36,935 bases of DNA from the IMG/VR virus record IMGVR_UViG_3300020463_000051, positions 1 through 36,935 of that record; one strand, 5' to 3'. Under the pieces are notes generated by a model that saw only the letters and a program-made list of their open reading frames with translations, was not told the origin of the DNA and made no database searches. This document shows, piece after piece, positions 1-12,600 of this stretch. Within the stretch, counting starts at the first letter, position 1. Every line of letters starts with the position of its first letter. This stretch comes from a virus. Lineage: Duplodnaviria > Caudoviricetes. The position numbers and the translations under genes are program-made.

Positions 1-3000
1 CCCCCGCTACGAACTCAAATAATCCACGGTTCGCAACAGTTACTGCGTAAGTTGCAGCAGGAGCATTTGCATATATGTCAATTTGTTGATATGAAGATTC
101 AGTACCACCAGTACCAGCATTGCTGATAGTTCCTGTTAGTCCAGCTACAGATAGAGTTGCAGTAGCACCAGTTCCATCTCCACCAGTTAGACTTACGTTT
201 TGGTAAGTTCCTACAGCATATCCAGAACCACCAGATAAAATATTACCACCAAAAGGTAATACAGTAATACTTGCTTGTGCTCCAGATCCAGAACCACCAT
301 TGATTAGAACTGTTGGTGCTGATGTGTATCCGTCACCTCCAGAAGTTAAAGTTAATGCTGATACTTGACCTAATTCTGTGTCTAAAGTAGCAGATGCAAT
401 AGCAGTAGTTTGACTAGTTCCTACAAATGATACTAATGGTACCTCTGAGTATCCATAACCACTACCATTTAAAGTAAGACTAGCGACTTGGTAAGTCATA
501 TTTGCAACTGTCAATGTTGCTCCACTACCAGTAGGGTCGTTAGTATTATTGGTGACTGTTAGAGTTGGTGTACCAGTGTAAACTGCATTTCCAGTTGTAG
601 TTACCGTTCCAACTTGAGATCCAAGATTAACAGTAAGAGATGCGTCTGTAATTCCTGCACCTGTTTCACTGATAGTAAGAGCTGGTGCAGAACCAGTTAC
701 ATATCCAGATCCTGGATTAGTAATTGTGATTGCTGAAATTGCTCCTGCAGAAACCGTTGCAGTAGCAGTAGCAGTTATACCAACAAGGTTGTGTAATTCA
801 TTTGGAGTTGCAGCAGCAGTCAATGATATTGGAGATCCACCAGAAGATGTTGACAACTGTATAGTGTTATTGGCAGTATCTACATTTACAACATAATAAG
901 AAGTTCCATTACTTAATCCAGTTAAGTCTGAGTTACTATTATTATCATAAGTTACTTGATCACCATTATTAACCCAACTTGATGTAAATGTGATTGTATT
1001 TCCAGATGTGGATATAGCAGAGTTTGCATCAAATGCTTGTGTTGGAGGTGCAGTTAATGATAGGTTAGGTGAAGTATATCCAGCACCACCACTTGTAATT
1101 GCAATCTGAGCAACTCGTGCAGCTGTGCTAAGACTAACTAAAAAACTTATACTACCACTTACAGGAGTTAAGTTTGCTGATATATCAGGAGTTAACTGGT
1201 ATAATCCATTACCCCCACTGGATACAGTAATAGTTCCAATAGCACCATTGGTTGCTAGGGTTGCAGTTGCTGTAGCAACTTGGTCTGGGTTTGATAGTAA
1301 AGGTGATTGATATTGTCCTGCATCGTATCCTGTACCTTCATTAGTGATTGTAAGTCCAGTTGTAAGGTTTAATGCCTTTTTGTTAATAGCAAAGTTCTTG
1401 TTGGAGAAAATACCATAAGAGGAGAAACCCGCTTGTGTGTAAGAACCAACAGTAAACGCACAAGAAGAGTTACCAGTACCGATGATAGATGCTAATCTAT
1501 TAGAAGCAAAGTAAATATTTTCTGGAGCAATAACCTGACCATTCAGAGTTATATCTTCATCTCCAGCAGGGTCGAGGATTATCTTACCTGATGTAGATGT
1601 AACACTGTTGCCCGCTAGTCGTAAGTTACCTGTTTCAACGTATGCAGGATATATGTTTGTAGTACCAGTTGAGTCACTTAAAGTAATATTAGCAGCTGAC
1701 TGAGCTGAGGATGTTGCAGCAAACTGTACGTTACCAGTAGAGGCATCAACTGTAAGTGCATCACCAACTCTGAAGTCACCTTCGTGGTCTGTAGATGAAT
1801 ATAATACTTTACCACTGTTAAGTTCTTCTACCTCATTTGCTTGAACAGCAAGAGATGGGTCATTAGTATAGTCTTGATTAGAACCGACATAACCAAAGTT
1901 ATGTCCAGAAAGAATAAGTTTTACACCAGCACCGTCTGCTTGTATACCTTTAGTACCGTACACACATGCAGATGCAGCTGAACGTAACTCAGCACCAAAC
2001 TGAGCATAATCAGCAGTTGTTACGACAGTAGCAGAATCACCACCACTTGATCTAATATCTGATGTTCCACCAGAACTATCAGTAAATGCTGTAGTTGCAT
2101 CATTACCACCACCATGTAGTAATAATACAGTAAAGAGGTCTGATGAAAACTCTCCAGTTGTAGGTGTGAAGTTACCAGAGTATGAACCCTGTGCTTTCTT
2201 AATTCTTATTTCATCAATGTTTCCTGCAAATGCTTCTGTAGGAGATGATGTGTCATAGTTAGAACCGACAACTACAGGTTTTGATGAACCATAGTCATTA
2301 GCGTCAGTGTAACTAGAACCTAATTCTGTTCCATCTAAAAATAGTCTTGTTGTTCCAGCACTTCTAGAAACAGCAACATGATACCAAGTATTAATTGCAA
2401 GAGTACCACCAGAAATTTGAGATGAGTTACCTACTGCATAATGTAGTGCAGTGCCATTCATATACAGAGTGGGTGCTGTGTCCGTCGCAGAGGCGTTTCT
2501 TAAGTCAAAGATACGTTGTGTACCAGAAACACTAGTAGGGCGTATAAACGCTTCTAGAGTCCAGTTAGCAGTACCAAATCCAAAGTCAGCATCAGCAGGA
2601 ACTTGTAAGTTATCCTGAGTACCGTCAAATAATATTGATCCACCACTGAACTTACTTTGTGCAGTGTCAATTTGTGTATCACCAAATCTACTTAATACCT
2701 TTGCTGGTTTTGTTGTGGTTACAAATTCACCAGTGCCTTTACCGTTAATATAGATGTAAGTTCCATCATTAGATGCAACAACACCACGACCAACTGCTTT
2801 CTTGTAAGTTAGATTACTAGTTGCTATAGTTCCAGAACCTGAGGTAAAGGTTACGGTATTATTATCTACTTTAGTTACTTGATAGAATCCGTCTGTAGCA
2901 CCACCACTGATAAAGTCTGCATAGATGTAGTCGTTAGAGACTAAACCGTGTCCAGTTCTTGTAAGAGTGACAGTGGTTCCAGTTCTTGTGTATGTTCCTG

Positions 3001-3970
3001 ACTGGAATCCATCTTCTAATTGATATGCAACTTCACTCGTATTGAAGGTACCAGCAGTACCACCTAATTTTAATCTTGTTTGTCCTGTGCCATATTTACC
3101 TGTAGCACCTTGAATACCCTGTACACCAATAGATGCAAAATAGTTGAAGCAATTTAACCACTCAACTCTAATACCATTAGTTGCAATTAAACCAATATTA
3201 CCAGGTGTGATGAATGTACATTCGTTGAATAGTACAGAAGCATGTTGTGAGGAAGAAGATATATTGGCACCATCAAGCTTAGCACCACGTCCTGCATCTC
3301 CTTGTGCAAATCCATAAGGATCTGAACCAGATACAACACTACCTTTAGTTGTTACTGTAACTCTTTCAACATAAGGACTTGTAGTTGAATCTACTGAGGA
3401 TCCTAATACAAAACCGTACCCAGTATCACCACTACTATCATATAAAAAATCTTTAATTGTCAAATCAGATACTTGACAATCACCATTTAGAACTATTGCG
3501 TTATTACTCTGCGTTGCATTCGTTGGTTTTATCTTTGTCGCACGTAAGTTTGTACCACGTAATGTAACACCATCAGGAATTGTTAGTGGAAATACTTCTT
3601 GGAATTCACCTGGTGCAATCATGATGCAGTCACCAGATGTTGCTTTGGTAAGTGCCTTTGTTATTGTAAGGAATGGAGTGTCAGGATGTTTACCGTTTGC
3701 ACTACCATGACCTAGCAAATCATTATCTGATCCTACTGATGCAACATAATACGTATTACCCTGACCATTCGTGATGTCAGCATTAAGCATCGCAGTGGTG
3801 ATTTCACCAGTTGCTGGTTCAGCATTCGCTACTTCGACTATATTAGAGCCGTCTCTGACGTAGATCTTTCTATCAGCGGTGTTTACCGCAACTTCACCAT
3901 CAAGGAGTGTGGAAGTCGTCGGAGCCGCTGCTGCTGTGCTCGATCTCTTTAGCTTGATTCTCGTTGCCAT
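1..3970 (-). CDS. Large tail-fibre/virion structural protein, partial (C-terminus beyond the left edge; at least 1323 aa)
   Basis: Not in the ORF track because it has no stop in the window. ATG at 3970 gives MATRIKLKRSSTAAAAPTTSTLLDGEVAVNTADRKIYVRDG. The same frame is sense at the window edge (TVANRGLFEFVAG). It contains a DUF1565/pectin-lyase-like start (YYVASVGSD...PFLTITKAL...GDCIMIAPGEF), a LamG-like domain (WTLEAFIRP...WYHVAVSR...RLFLDG...GNIDEIRI) and many 'ITxGGSGY' repeats. Confidence 0.85.
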   Translation of the reverse strand, partial: MATRIKLKRSSTAAAAPTTSTLLDGEVAVNTADRKIYVRDGSNIVEVANAEPATGEITTAMLNADITNGQGNTYYVASVGSDNDLLGHGSANGKHPDTPFLTITKALTKATSGDCIMIAPGEFQEVFPLTIPDGVTLRGTNLRATKIKPTNATQSNNAIVLNGDCQVSDLTIKDFLYDSSGDTGYGFVLGSSVDSTTSPYVERVTVTTKGSVVSGSDPYGFAQGDAGRGAKLDGANISSSSQHASVLFNECTFITPGNIGLIATNGIRVEWLNCFNYFASIGVQGIQGATGKYGTGQTRLKLGGTAGTFNTSEVAYQLEDGFQSGTYTRTGTTVTLTRTGHGLVSNDYIYADFISGGATDGFYQVTKVDNNTVTFTSGSGTIATSNLTYKKAVGRGVVASNDGTYIYINGKGTGEFVTTTKPAKVLSRFGDTQIDTAQSKFSGGSILFDGTQDNLQVPADADFGFGTANWTLEAFIRPTSVSGTQRIFDLRNASATDTAPTLYMNGTALHYAVGNSSQISGGTLAINTWYHVAVSRSAGTTRLFLDGTELGSSYTDANDYGSSKPVVVGSNYDTSSPTEAFAGNIDEIRIKKAQGSYSGNFTPTTGEFSSDLFTVLLLHGGGNDATTAFTDSSGGTSDIRSSGGDSATVVTTADYAQFGAELRSAASACVYGTKGIQADGAGVKLILSGHNFGYVGSNQDYTNDPSLAVQANEVEELNSGKVLYSSTDHEGDFRVGDALTVDASTGNVQFAATSSAQSAANITLSDSTGTTNIYPAYVETGNLRLAGNSVTSTSGKIILDPAGDEDITLNGQVIAPENIYFASNRLASIIGTGNSSCAFTVGSYTQAGFSSYGIFSNKNFAINKKALNLTTGLTITNEGTGYDAGQYQSPLLSNPDQVATATATLATNGAIGTITVSSGGNGLYQLTPDISANLTPVSGSISFLVSLSTAARVAQIAITSGGAGYTSPNLSLTAPPTQAFDANSAISTSGNTITFTSSWVNNGDQVTYDNNSNSDLTGLSNGTSYYVVNVDTANNTIQLSTSSGGSPISLTAAATPNELHNLVGITATATATVSAGAISAITITNPGSGYVTGSAPALTISETGAGITDASLTVNLGSQVGTVTTTGNAVYTGTPTLTVTNNTNDPTGSGATLTVANMTYQVASLTLNGSGYGYSEVPLVSFVGTSQTTAIASATLDTELGQVSALTLTSGGDGYTSAPTVLINGGSGSGAQASITVLPFGGNILSGGSGYAVGTYQNVSLTGGDGTGATATLSVAGLTGTISNAGTGGTESSYQQIDIYANAPAATYAVTVANRGLFEFVAG

Positions 3971-4115
3971 TTAAAGCATTCTCATTAGAATTTTGTTCGG
4001 TTATAGTATTTAACTGGGTTTGCAAATCAGCGATTTGTGCTTCCAGCATCACATTTGTTAAAGTCAGTTCAGAAATTTTCTTTTGTAGTGTGTTAATAAC
4101 AATTTGTACGTTCAT
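3900..4115 (-). CDS. Small coiled-coil hypothetical protein
   Basis: 71-aa ORF with a heptad pattern (LQKKISELTLTNVMLEAQIADLQTQL). Its 3' 71 nt overlap the start of the downstream fibre gene. Confidence 0.7.
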   Translation of the reverse strand: MNVQIVINTLQKKISELTLTNVMLEAQIADLQTQLNTITEQNSNENALNGNENQAKEIEHSSSGSDDFHTP

Positions 4116-4126
4116 GTTCGTATAGG

Positions 4127-5803
4127 TCAGAATGTTCCACCATCAAGGGTGTTGCTCCATACAGGAACGCCACCAGCGGTGACTGTTAGTACCTGATTGG
4201 AAGTTGTGGCATCGTCACCTGTACCAGGTGATGCCATGTTAGCAGCTGAGGTTACTTGTAATGCTCCTGCATTGTTACCGTAAGGTATACCATTTGCAAC
4301 GAATGCACTTACTCCAGTACCACCGTATTGTACTTCTAAGTCTGTATCTAATTCTAGGTCTCCTAGTACAACTGTACCACGGTTACCTGTTACACCAAAT
4401 ACAGTTCCTGTATCTGTTGCATCTTCAATGAATGTCCATGCACCGTTTCCGTCATTACCACCTGTACGGTCATAACCGAAGAAACCAAATTTAGCAGCAG
4501 AACCAGTGTAGTAGTGTACTTTAACACCACGGTCTAATGCGTCATTACTTGATCTAGTAACGGTTAATGTAGTACCAGTTGCAATGATTGCATTGGTTGC
4601 TTGAGACAATGTAAGAGTCTTAGTTCCAGTATTAATACTAGAAATTGTTGTTGAACTAGGTATTCCAGATGCAGCAGTGATTGCGTCTCCTGCAGCGATT
4701 CCAGTTACTTTATCAACTACAATAGTACTTGATCCTGAGGCAGTAGAGCCTTGAGATGTCAGTACGGATGTTGGGTCTCCCAACTCAATAGTAGGGTCAT
4801 TGACAGACATTGAAGCACTATTAACAGTTGTTGTAGTACCATCAATCTGTAAGTCACCCTTAATAATGACTAAACCTTCAGCGTCACCACCAGCTGGAAA
4901 TGGGTCAAGAATCATCTCAGTACCAGAGGTAGTAGAGATAACATTGCCATCCATCTTCAGACTGTCGATTGCGAACTGTCCTGTTTGTGATATATCAGCG
5001 TTTATACTTGTTGTGCCGTTGAAGGTAACGCCATTCTCAAAAACCGTAGTGGAGTTAACAGTCAGATTATCGCCAGAGGCATCTCCTACTGTAGCATCCC
5101 CTTCAACGAGGAGAGACCCTACAGAGGCTTTACCAGCGATACCCGCCCCACCAGCGACTAAGAAGGCACCAGTTGTACTTGAAGTAGATGCAGTTACATC
5201 AGAAACTTTAATGGCAACGCCATTATCGTATTCCCAATCAGCACCATCTACTCTTACTTTATCAAGAGTTGTTTCATCATATCGGATTCCACCGTCTTTA
5301 TTAGTACCGAAGTACAGACGCATATCATCCTGTATACGTAAATCAGGAGAACCAGCGGCTCTCTTGATATCTAATGCTGCATCTCCATCTGTAAAGACGA
5401 GTTCTACATCACCAGTTGTTCCGAATTCTAATTCTTGCCCGTCTTCAATGACGAGTTTACCCGTACCATTGGCACGGAAAATTAAATCTGCATCAGTGGT
5501 TGATGTTGTAATGACATTTGCATTAAGAGTAATGTCGTCAACATTCCATTGATCTATTTTTGAGTTACTATCTACTAGGACAGATGAACTCGCTGTAAGT
5601 GTCCCATGAACATGGTCTAGCATGTCCATAAAATATCTACCACCTACTACTTGAGCAGCACCGTTATTGTCTCCGACAAATACACGGTCTCCTGAGTTTG
5701 CTTGTGTACCGTTAGCACCTGTTGTTACTGCTAGTTCACCAAACGTAATTGTACCTGGTGCAACTGAACCAGTACTTCTTTTGATTAGAATATTTGAAGC
5801 CAT
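4127..5803 (-). CDS. Fibre-like virion structural protein (558 aa)
   Basis: Gly/Thr/Ser-rich. N-terminus MASNILIKRSTGSVAPGTITFGELAV is of the same type as the 3970 ORF. C-terminal (L/I)DGGTF motif. TAATG overlap with the upstream ORF. Confidence 0.85.
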   Translation of the reverse strand: MASNILIKRSTGSVAPGTITFGELAVTTGANGTQANSGDRVFVGDNNGAAQVVGGRYFMDMLDHVHGTLTASSSVLVDSNSKIDQWNVDDITLNANVITTSTTDADLIFRANGTGKLVIEDGQELEFGTTGDVELVFTDGDAALDIKRAAGSPDLRIQDDMRLYFGTNKDGGIRYDETTLDKVRVDGADWEYDNGVAIKVSDVTASTSSTTGAFLVAGGAGIAGKASVGSLLVEGDATVGDASGDNLTVNSTTVFENGVTFNGTTSINADISQTGQFAIDSLKMDGNVISTTSGTEMILDPFPAGGDAEGLVIIKGDLQIDGTTTTVNSASMSVNDPTIELGDPTSVLTSQGSTASGSSTIVVDKVTGIAAGDAITAASGIPSSTTISSINTGTKTLTLSQATNAIIATGTTLTVTRSSNDALDRGVKVHYYTGSAAKFGFFGYDRTGGNDGNGAWTFIEDATDTGTVFGVTGNRGTVVLGDLELDTDLEVQYGGTGVSAFVANGIPYGNNAGALQVTSAANMASPGTGDDATTSNQVLTVTAGGVPVWSNTLDGGTF

Positions 5804-6024
5804 TAGAAGCTACCTCCGTTAATTGTCACGTTACTTAAGACATTTGTTGCTATAAATTTTGTCTGTGCTTGATCATATACAAGCATTGATCCGTTCGCTA
5901 ATCCACCTTGAGATGTGTCTGTCAAATCTACATCAGACAGTCCACCAAGTGAACCACCACCGCCACCAGCAGCGACACGTGTTACCTTTGGAATTGATTG
6001 ATCACCAAATCTTAGTCTTGCCAT
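5803..6024 (-). CDS. Small virion-associated hypothetical protein (73 aa)
   Basis: Coupled by TAATG overlaps on both sides. Contains an LGGLSDVD...L.NGS.LVYD module and a C-terminal INGGSF similar to the neighbouring fibre proteins. Confidence 0.75.
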   Translation of the reverse strand: MARLRFGDQSIPKVTRVAAGGGGGSLGGLSDVDLTDTSQGGLANGSMLVYDQAQTKFIATNVLSNVTINGGSF

Positions 6025-6362
6025 TAGAGTGTTACTCCCTCAAGTACGCTTACAGAACCTTCTAGCACTCGCGTTTTTTGCCCAGTGGTCGAAGTAATAA
6101 CTACATCATATACATATCTCCCCGACTTCATTGCGGAAGTGACAGCATTGCCAAGAGATAATTGAACCTGTCCAGCAGTTGCAGGAGTTAGTATTGCTCC
6201 AGTCACAGTAGTGGACGTACTACTAGTATAGTGCTTCTTTATTTTACATGCTACAGTATATCCAGTTAAGTCAAACAGAGTCCCATTATCATTCTCGATA
6301 GTAAAATCGGTGATAAAATCAGCACCCTGATAGATTATGAGATTAGATACAGCAGAAGCCAT
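6024..6362 (-). CDS. Small virion structural protein (Ig-like beta-sandwich type, 112 aa)
   Basis: NL.I.QGADF...DLTGYT....IKK...GRYVYDV......RVLEG...V..GVT is a pattern I recognise from T4-like cyanophage structural modules. Preceded by a late-promoter-like box. Confidence 0.8.
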   Translation of the reverse strand: MASAVSNLIIYQGADFITDFTIENDNGTLFDLTGYTVACKIKKHYTSSTSTTVTGAILTPATAGQVQLSLGNAVTSAMKSGRYVYDVVITSTTGQKTRVLEGSVSVLEGVTL

Positions 6363-6380
6363 AGTTCAAAGAATTTCCTA

Positions 6381-6391
6381 TATTTATTTAG
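6381..6391 (-). promoter_or_regulatory. T4-type late promoter-like box
   Basis: The minus strand reads CTAAATAAATA (overlapping CTAAATA and AATAAATA), about 19 nt upstream of the ATG at 6362. Confidence 0.55.
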
Positions 6392-6398
6392 CTCCTGA

Positions 6399-6608
6399 TT
6401 ATTTATCCTCTTTTGTAACTAAAGATGCTACTATATCTTTCAACTCCGCAACTTCTGCCTGTAGATCAGACAAAGTTCTATCTTTCCTTTTTGCTTCTTT
6501 ACGTGCTTTCTTATATGCCTCATACCCAGAAGTATCACTATTTACTATTGCATTAGACTCTGGATCCCTGCTTAATGATGTATGTCCTTCAACTGGCACT
6601 AAATTCAT
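6399..6608 (-). CDS. Conserved small hypothetical protein following the VrlC-like gene (69 aa)
   Basis: VEGH..L.RD..S.AIVN.D...Y..Y motif followed by a basic coiled coil. TAATG overlap with the upstream gene. Confidence 0.8.
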   Translation of the reverse strand: MNLVPVEGHTSLSRDPESNAIVNSDTSGYEAYKKARKEAKRKDRTLSDLQAEVAELKDIVASLVTKEDK

Positions 6609-9600
6609 TATGCTAATGCGATACCTCTAAAGTCTCTAATCCTAGGTATGTATGGCTGATTGTAACTTAGTAAACTGACCTTAACTTGGAAGGCATCAAA
6701 CTCATCTGTATCTTCTATAGTGTACTCATAATCAGTAAATGTGGTTAGGTCGTTCTGAGGAACTAAATTACCACTATCTGGAATACCTGTAGTGTTAAAG
6801 AATCTGAATTCTAACTCATCTAGATTACCAGCATAACCAACTGGAACCAACTTGTACATTACTACAATCTTAGATTGTGTAAATGTATTAGCAGCAAGCA
6901 TTACTTTAAGTCCAGTAGCACTCTTCTCTAGTCTCGCAACCTTAGTAATATAGTTACCAGCACATTCTCCACCAATACCAGCAGTAGGTTCGATGTTATT
7001 ATATTGGTTAGCATGTGTGATGGCTGAGCATCTAGTTAAATCAATAACAGGAGATAAGTGTGAAACTTCAGAACTTAAGTTTAACTCGAAGGTTAGTGAC
7101 TTTGTACTATTCATTCTATTAATTTCATTCAATTCATTTGCAATAACTTTAGTTGCACCAAAGTAGTTCTCTTCACCAACAGTAACGTCAATGTAAGTAG
7201 TGTCTTTTGTAAATGATGTTTCTGCACTTGAACCAGATGGGAAAGGACCACAAGATGTTCCACTTGTTCCTAATACCCTAGTAACCATACTGGTCTTAGG
7301 TTCTAGTTGACTTTGTATTTGAGGTGTTAGTGCATCCCATGGAATGTTCTGAGATACAGTTATGTTAGATCCACCACCAGTAATACCAGTTGTTGCAGTT
7401 TTATTTGTAATCTTAAGGTTGTAACTATGTGGACTATTAATCGATATAACTCCACCTGTAGTTGAATTGTGTGTAGAATTAACTAATGTAAGAGGTATGC
7501 CATCAAAGTTATAGCATTGTACTACTGCATTATCAGCATGTGACAATCCAGTTCCAGAACCTGATGTACCATTATGTGATCTACCAGCAGAATTAATAGT
7601 AATCACATTACCAGAAATACCTTCGTATGCAATAATCTCATCTCCACTGCCATCTTCTTGAGTTCCTAGTATCCTAAGGAATCCAAAGTTAGATCCACTA
7701 ACAGAAGAACCACCTATTGTTGTATGGAACTGAGAAGCATCTGTCACTGTCAATGTTGTTCCAGTAGTTGTAAGTCCTGAACCCATGTTAATTGTTGTGT
7801 CTGCTACCTCTGAGACTACACCTGTAACCTTAACGTAGTTTAATGCAGACTGCATACCATGATTACTATGGAATACTCTAATCTCATCGCTACCTGATGT
7901 AGTCTTGAGTGTATTGGTTGCAAGATTTAAGAAACCACCATTCTGTTCTCCTAACTGTGCATTCTCTAGTATAAGTTTACTAGGTGCTGCAGTTGTCGGA
8001 AGTGTGAACTCTGCTCTATACATCTTAAACATAAGATCTTCAAACTGAGAAGGTGTCCAAGTTGAAGCGTTCTGTGACTTAAATAACACACCGATATATG
8101 GTTGCTCAGAAATTTTCTCTCCAGCGTGAGCAGCATCAATAGCATCTTTACCAAGAAGTGAAATGAATACCTTGAACTGATTAGAATCTGATGTGACCAC
8201 CATAGAATGCTCAGACCTATATGGAATGAATACGGGTGCTTTGAATGTAAATGTTGTTGGTACTGAAGCATCAGTAGATGTAAATACATCCGCTGCTTGT
8301 TTAACTACCTTAGAGAATGGTAATATTGTTTGTGTGGGAGTACCATTTTCTACAGTTCTAATATCAATTGATACAGGAATCTCAGCATCTTTCTGTTGGA
8401 AGAATAGGTCTATCTTAGTTAAGAATACTCCACCTTCTAAACTAGAATCTTCAATTAGGAATGTTTGTGCAAGAGGGTCATGCCATCTTGTTTCGTCTGC
8501 AGATGTTTCAGTAACACTAACTAATGTTCTAGCATCAAACTGATCTTCAGATGTAATCCTAGCATTTCTAACAGAGATGACTGTCTCTTGTGTGGTCTGC
8601 AATATACCAGATGAATCAAATTCTGCTTCACCGCTAGAATCTGATACTCCAATAACCTTACTATTAGAAGAAGAATCACTAAGTCTGAATAGTTTTGTTC
8701 CAGTCTTAAATTTAATATTACCAGCAACATTAGGTGCATCAATAAAGAATGAACCTCTAAGATTACCTTGCTTATCAGTAATCATGTCTTTATTAGATAC
8801 TTTTGCAATAGCACCACTAGTCTCACCAACTAAGTAATCATTTAGTTTTGGTGAACCGTAGTAAGTACCCTTTGCTTGGTCTGCAAGAGATTTAGTATCG
8901 ATATTAATAAATGCTAAGTTAGAAGTATAGTCGCTAGTTGAACTAATATCTACACCGTCAAGAGGGTTGATTGAGAAGGTATCATTAGGTGATGCCACTC
9001 TCGCTTTAAATCTAAACTTACCATTTCCTTTCACAACGTGAACTGTCTCACCAATTTGGAATGGAATATTATTTGTTTGTGCATCAGTTGATGGGTCTTT
9101 AATAACACCCATAACTTTAGGTGTAACTAATTTCTTAGGTAACGCAATACCATCAAAGAATGCAAAGAACTTAGTTCTTGGTTTTAGTTTCTGGCATACA
9201 AACTCAATGTTCCTAGAACGCATGAATTGAATATGCTCAACTGATACAACTCTACTACCAAGAGATTGTTGCTCAACTACAGGTGTAACTCTATATCTAA
9301 TACCAGTTCTAGTCTGTTGAGTAGTTGTTGTACTTGTGGTAGTGGTGGTTCTACGTTGCTGTTGTCCACCTTTACCGCCACCCATATTTCTCCATGAACC
9401 AATGTTCTGAGTTGTATCAGTTCCTGTCCAAGTTGTTTTCCAAGAGTTCCATTGTATTGGAGCAAATCCATTTTGGTCAGCATTAAATTCTCTAACTGTA
9501 GTTAAGAAGTTGCCCTCTACAACAGGTCCTTGAATAGGATTTAATGATGTTGTATCTACCCAATTGTCTGATTCTGGATATAACTCTATGTCACCGACAT

Positions 9601-12600
9601 ATGTGAATACATTGAATGGGTTGACGTTTTCCACAGCTGATGCATATGGTTGGTCAATTAATACAGCAGATGTATATGGAAGTGTTATAATATCATCTGT
9701 TTGTGTAACGTTTTGAGAAGCTGTACTATAAGTAAGAGGAACTTGAGTTGTATAGTGTGCTGGTCTAACATAACCCTGCTCAAAATCAACTGATACTCTG
9801 TAGTCAGGATGTAATGTGTCACTAGTAGCAAGACTTGCAAAGTTATCAACTATGAAACCATTTTTAAATCTACTAAGACCACTAGCATCTCTAATCTCCA
9901 TACTTGCAGTTTCACTTTCAAGTAAAGATAATTGGGTGTAGTATTCAAGTGTTTTTATTCTATCTTCAAGAACCTGAATATCTCTGAATGTATATCTCTT
10001 GTAGTTTGTCTCTTCTATAGTAACGTCTTTATCAACATCGAAAACATATGCACTATATGTCAATGTTGCTAATAGCATTGCATCCTCAACATCTTCAGGT
10101 GCTTGAGGTCTAGTACTAGGTGCACCCTTAACTATTTGGATAACACTATCCTTACTGATGTATAGTTTATCAACACGTGGTAAGTAATACTGTAAACTTA
10201 AAATAGTTGTGTCACCTATGCCAGGCAATCCAGTCTCATTACCAGTAAATGCTCTATTGGCAAAATCAAAGAACTTAGTTCCATTTAAAGTATATGGAGA
10301 TGCTTGACTACCTGAACCAGTTAACTTCTCAGGAACGATTGGTCTATAGTCAATATGATCTCTAAGTTCACTACCAGTGTATGTTGGAATAATTTTATAT
10401 TCTGAAGTAGGGTATGAATCTACTGTGTAAGGACTTGCTCCGTTAGTAGTAAGGAATCTATCAAAGATAATAAGTATCTTATGTGTAGGAGCAGCAAATC
10501 CTGCTTTCCTTACAATCCTAGAGTAATCATAATATTGGTCTCTCTGTCCATCGTCTAGTTCATATGTACTACTAATGTTTGTTGAACCTGTAGTTAAACC
10601 ACCAGATTGAATTTTTAATGTTGCATTAGGTGCAGTTATTGTCTCTCCGTCTGTGAATACATCATCTTCTACAGGTATAAAGTAAATGTAATTACTTGTA
10701 GTAGAAACGATTCTAGCTCTAGAACCTGAACTATCACCTTCAATTACATCATCTATTGCAAGAGTTCCAAGTAGGTTAGTATACTGAAGATTAGGAATTA
10801 CTGGATCATTTGCATCCTTAGACTCAAATATTGCTTTAATTTTAAATACATCAGCAGAACCTAAAGAGATTGAAGAGTCATCTACTCTACTACCAAAACC
10901 ACCAGCTACAGTTGTTAAATTATTTACAGCACTACCAGTTGTATCATCGATTTTCAGAACCTTCATGCGTTCTGTAGTCTTTGATTTTGCTGACCTATCA
11001 GAAGAATAAACTGTACCAATAATGGTTATGGTATCAGAACCACCAGTATTAGATAAACCAGTCAATGCAATAGTTTGTGTATTAGCACTTGTACCACTTA
11101 TAGTAATATCACTGCCACCTAAAACATCTCCATCTCCAGATCCAGATGTGATGATAACTTGGAAGTCATCATTATCAGCACCATTCTTCCATAGTAATCC
11201 AGCACCAGCATTTGCAGATGCTTCACCACTACCATTAACAGTTGTGTTAACACTAATTCTATAGTAACCAGCAGGGTTTTGTGTGTTGTTATTATTTGTA
11301 TTCTTAATAGCAGAAAATCCTAATGGTGTTAGGAGTTGTTTCTTGGTTGCATCTTTAATCTCTGGGCGTGTTCTTACAACAGGACTTGTAAGTGCAGTAT
11401 TGGTCAATGCACCAGCACCAGCTTCAACCTTTTGAATATTAAATGTGAAATTGTTAGTGACTGCAGTAACCTTACATTTATGTGCTAAGTTAGCATTTGA
11501 GAATTCTACAATGTCTCCTATTCTCAATTGAGACGCAAAGTTAGACAGTGTAGCTGTAATCGTTGCAGTTTGAGATGCACCAGATCCACTTATACTTGAG
11601 ACAATAGGACCTGAGCCAGGTAATGCTACCTTGACATCTAATACTGCATCAGCAGTTCCACCACCACTATTGAAAGCATATGATTTTACATCACCAAAAC
11701 CATATTTGAGTACGCCAGATGATGCTATGGTTGCAAATGTACCACCACTTGCATTATTTGTTTTAAGAACCTCTCCTGATACAAATGTACCATTAGTCTC
11801 ATAAAGGAATCCAGCAGTACCACTACCAGAAACTACATATCCGATTGCACCACTAGTAGCACCATATAAAAGATTACCAGCAGTCCATGTAACACTGCCT
11901 GTAGTTGTTACTTTAACATAGAACTGTGTGTCTATGATGTTTGTACGGTAAACCGTACTTTGATTATTAGTTGTTCCTGATTCGTAAGAGAAGTTTATTG
12001 CTCTTGCTTGACCAATGACTGTACCAGCTGGTGTGCCAGGTGTAGCAGTCAGTGTATCCCTAAGTTCTATAGTTTCATATGATGTAGGTGCTTGATGTTG
12101 GTTTGTCATGAAGACATAGTTACCAAAATCAGATGTAAGGGATTGATTTAACTCTGTATCAAATGTACGTGGTTTATCAATAGTTTTATATGTTGTGGAT
12201 AATCTCTCAGTTCTGTAACCCTGAACATATGCACAACCTGAAGATAATTGAATAGCAACCTCTGATTCAGTAGGACTTACTCCAGCAGATGTAGTTTCAG
12301 TAGATGAATACACACCACTGTTAAATCCATCATCTAAACTTTCTCTAGCATCTAGTTTAAATTTCTTGACGTAATAGTTTCCAGATTCTTCTTTAGTTCT
12401 AGTTGCAAGAATGTCATTGATAAAACTTAAATCACTACGTTCTACCTTTTTCTCAATCTTACCAATATTAGTTCTAAGTAATTCGATAAAGTCAGCAGAG
12501 TTAGGTGCTGTAGTTAATTTCTTAACTAGTGTTAGATTTATCTTAAACCTGTCTGCACCAGGTGCTGAGAAGTTAGTGCTACCAATAGCATTATCATACA

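Noticed and set aside
1-5803. Diversity-generating retroelement acting on the fibre genes
   Set aside because: No reverse transcriptase and no template/variable repeat pair were seen in the window.
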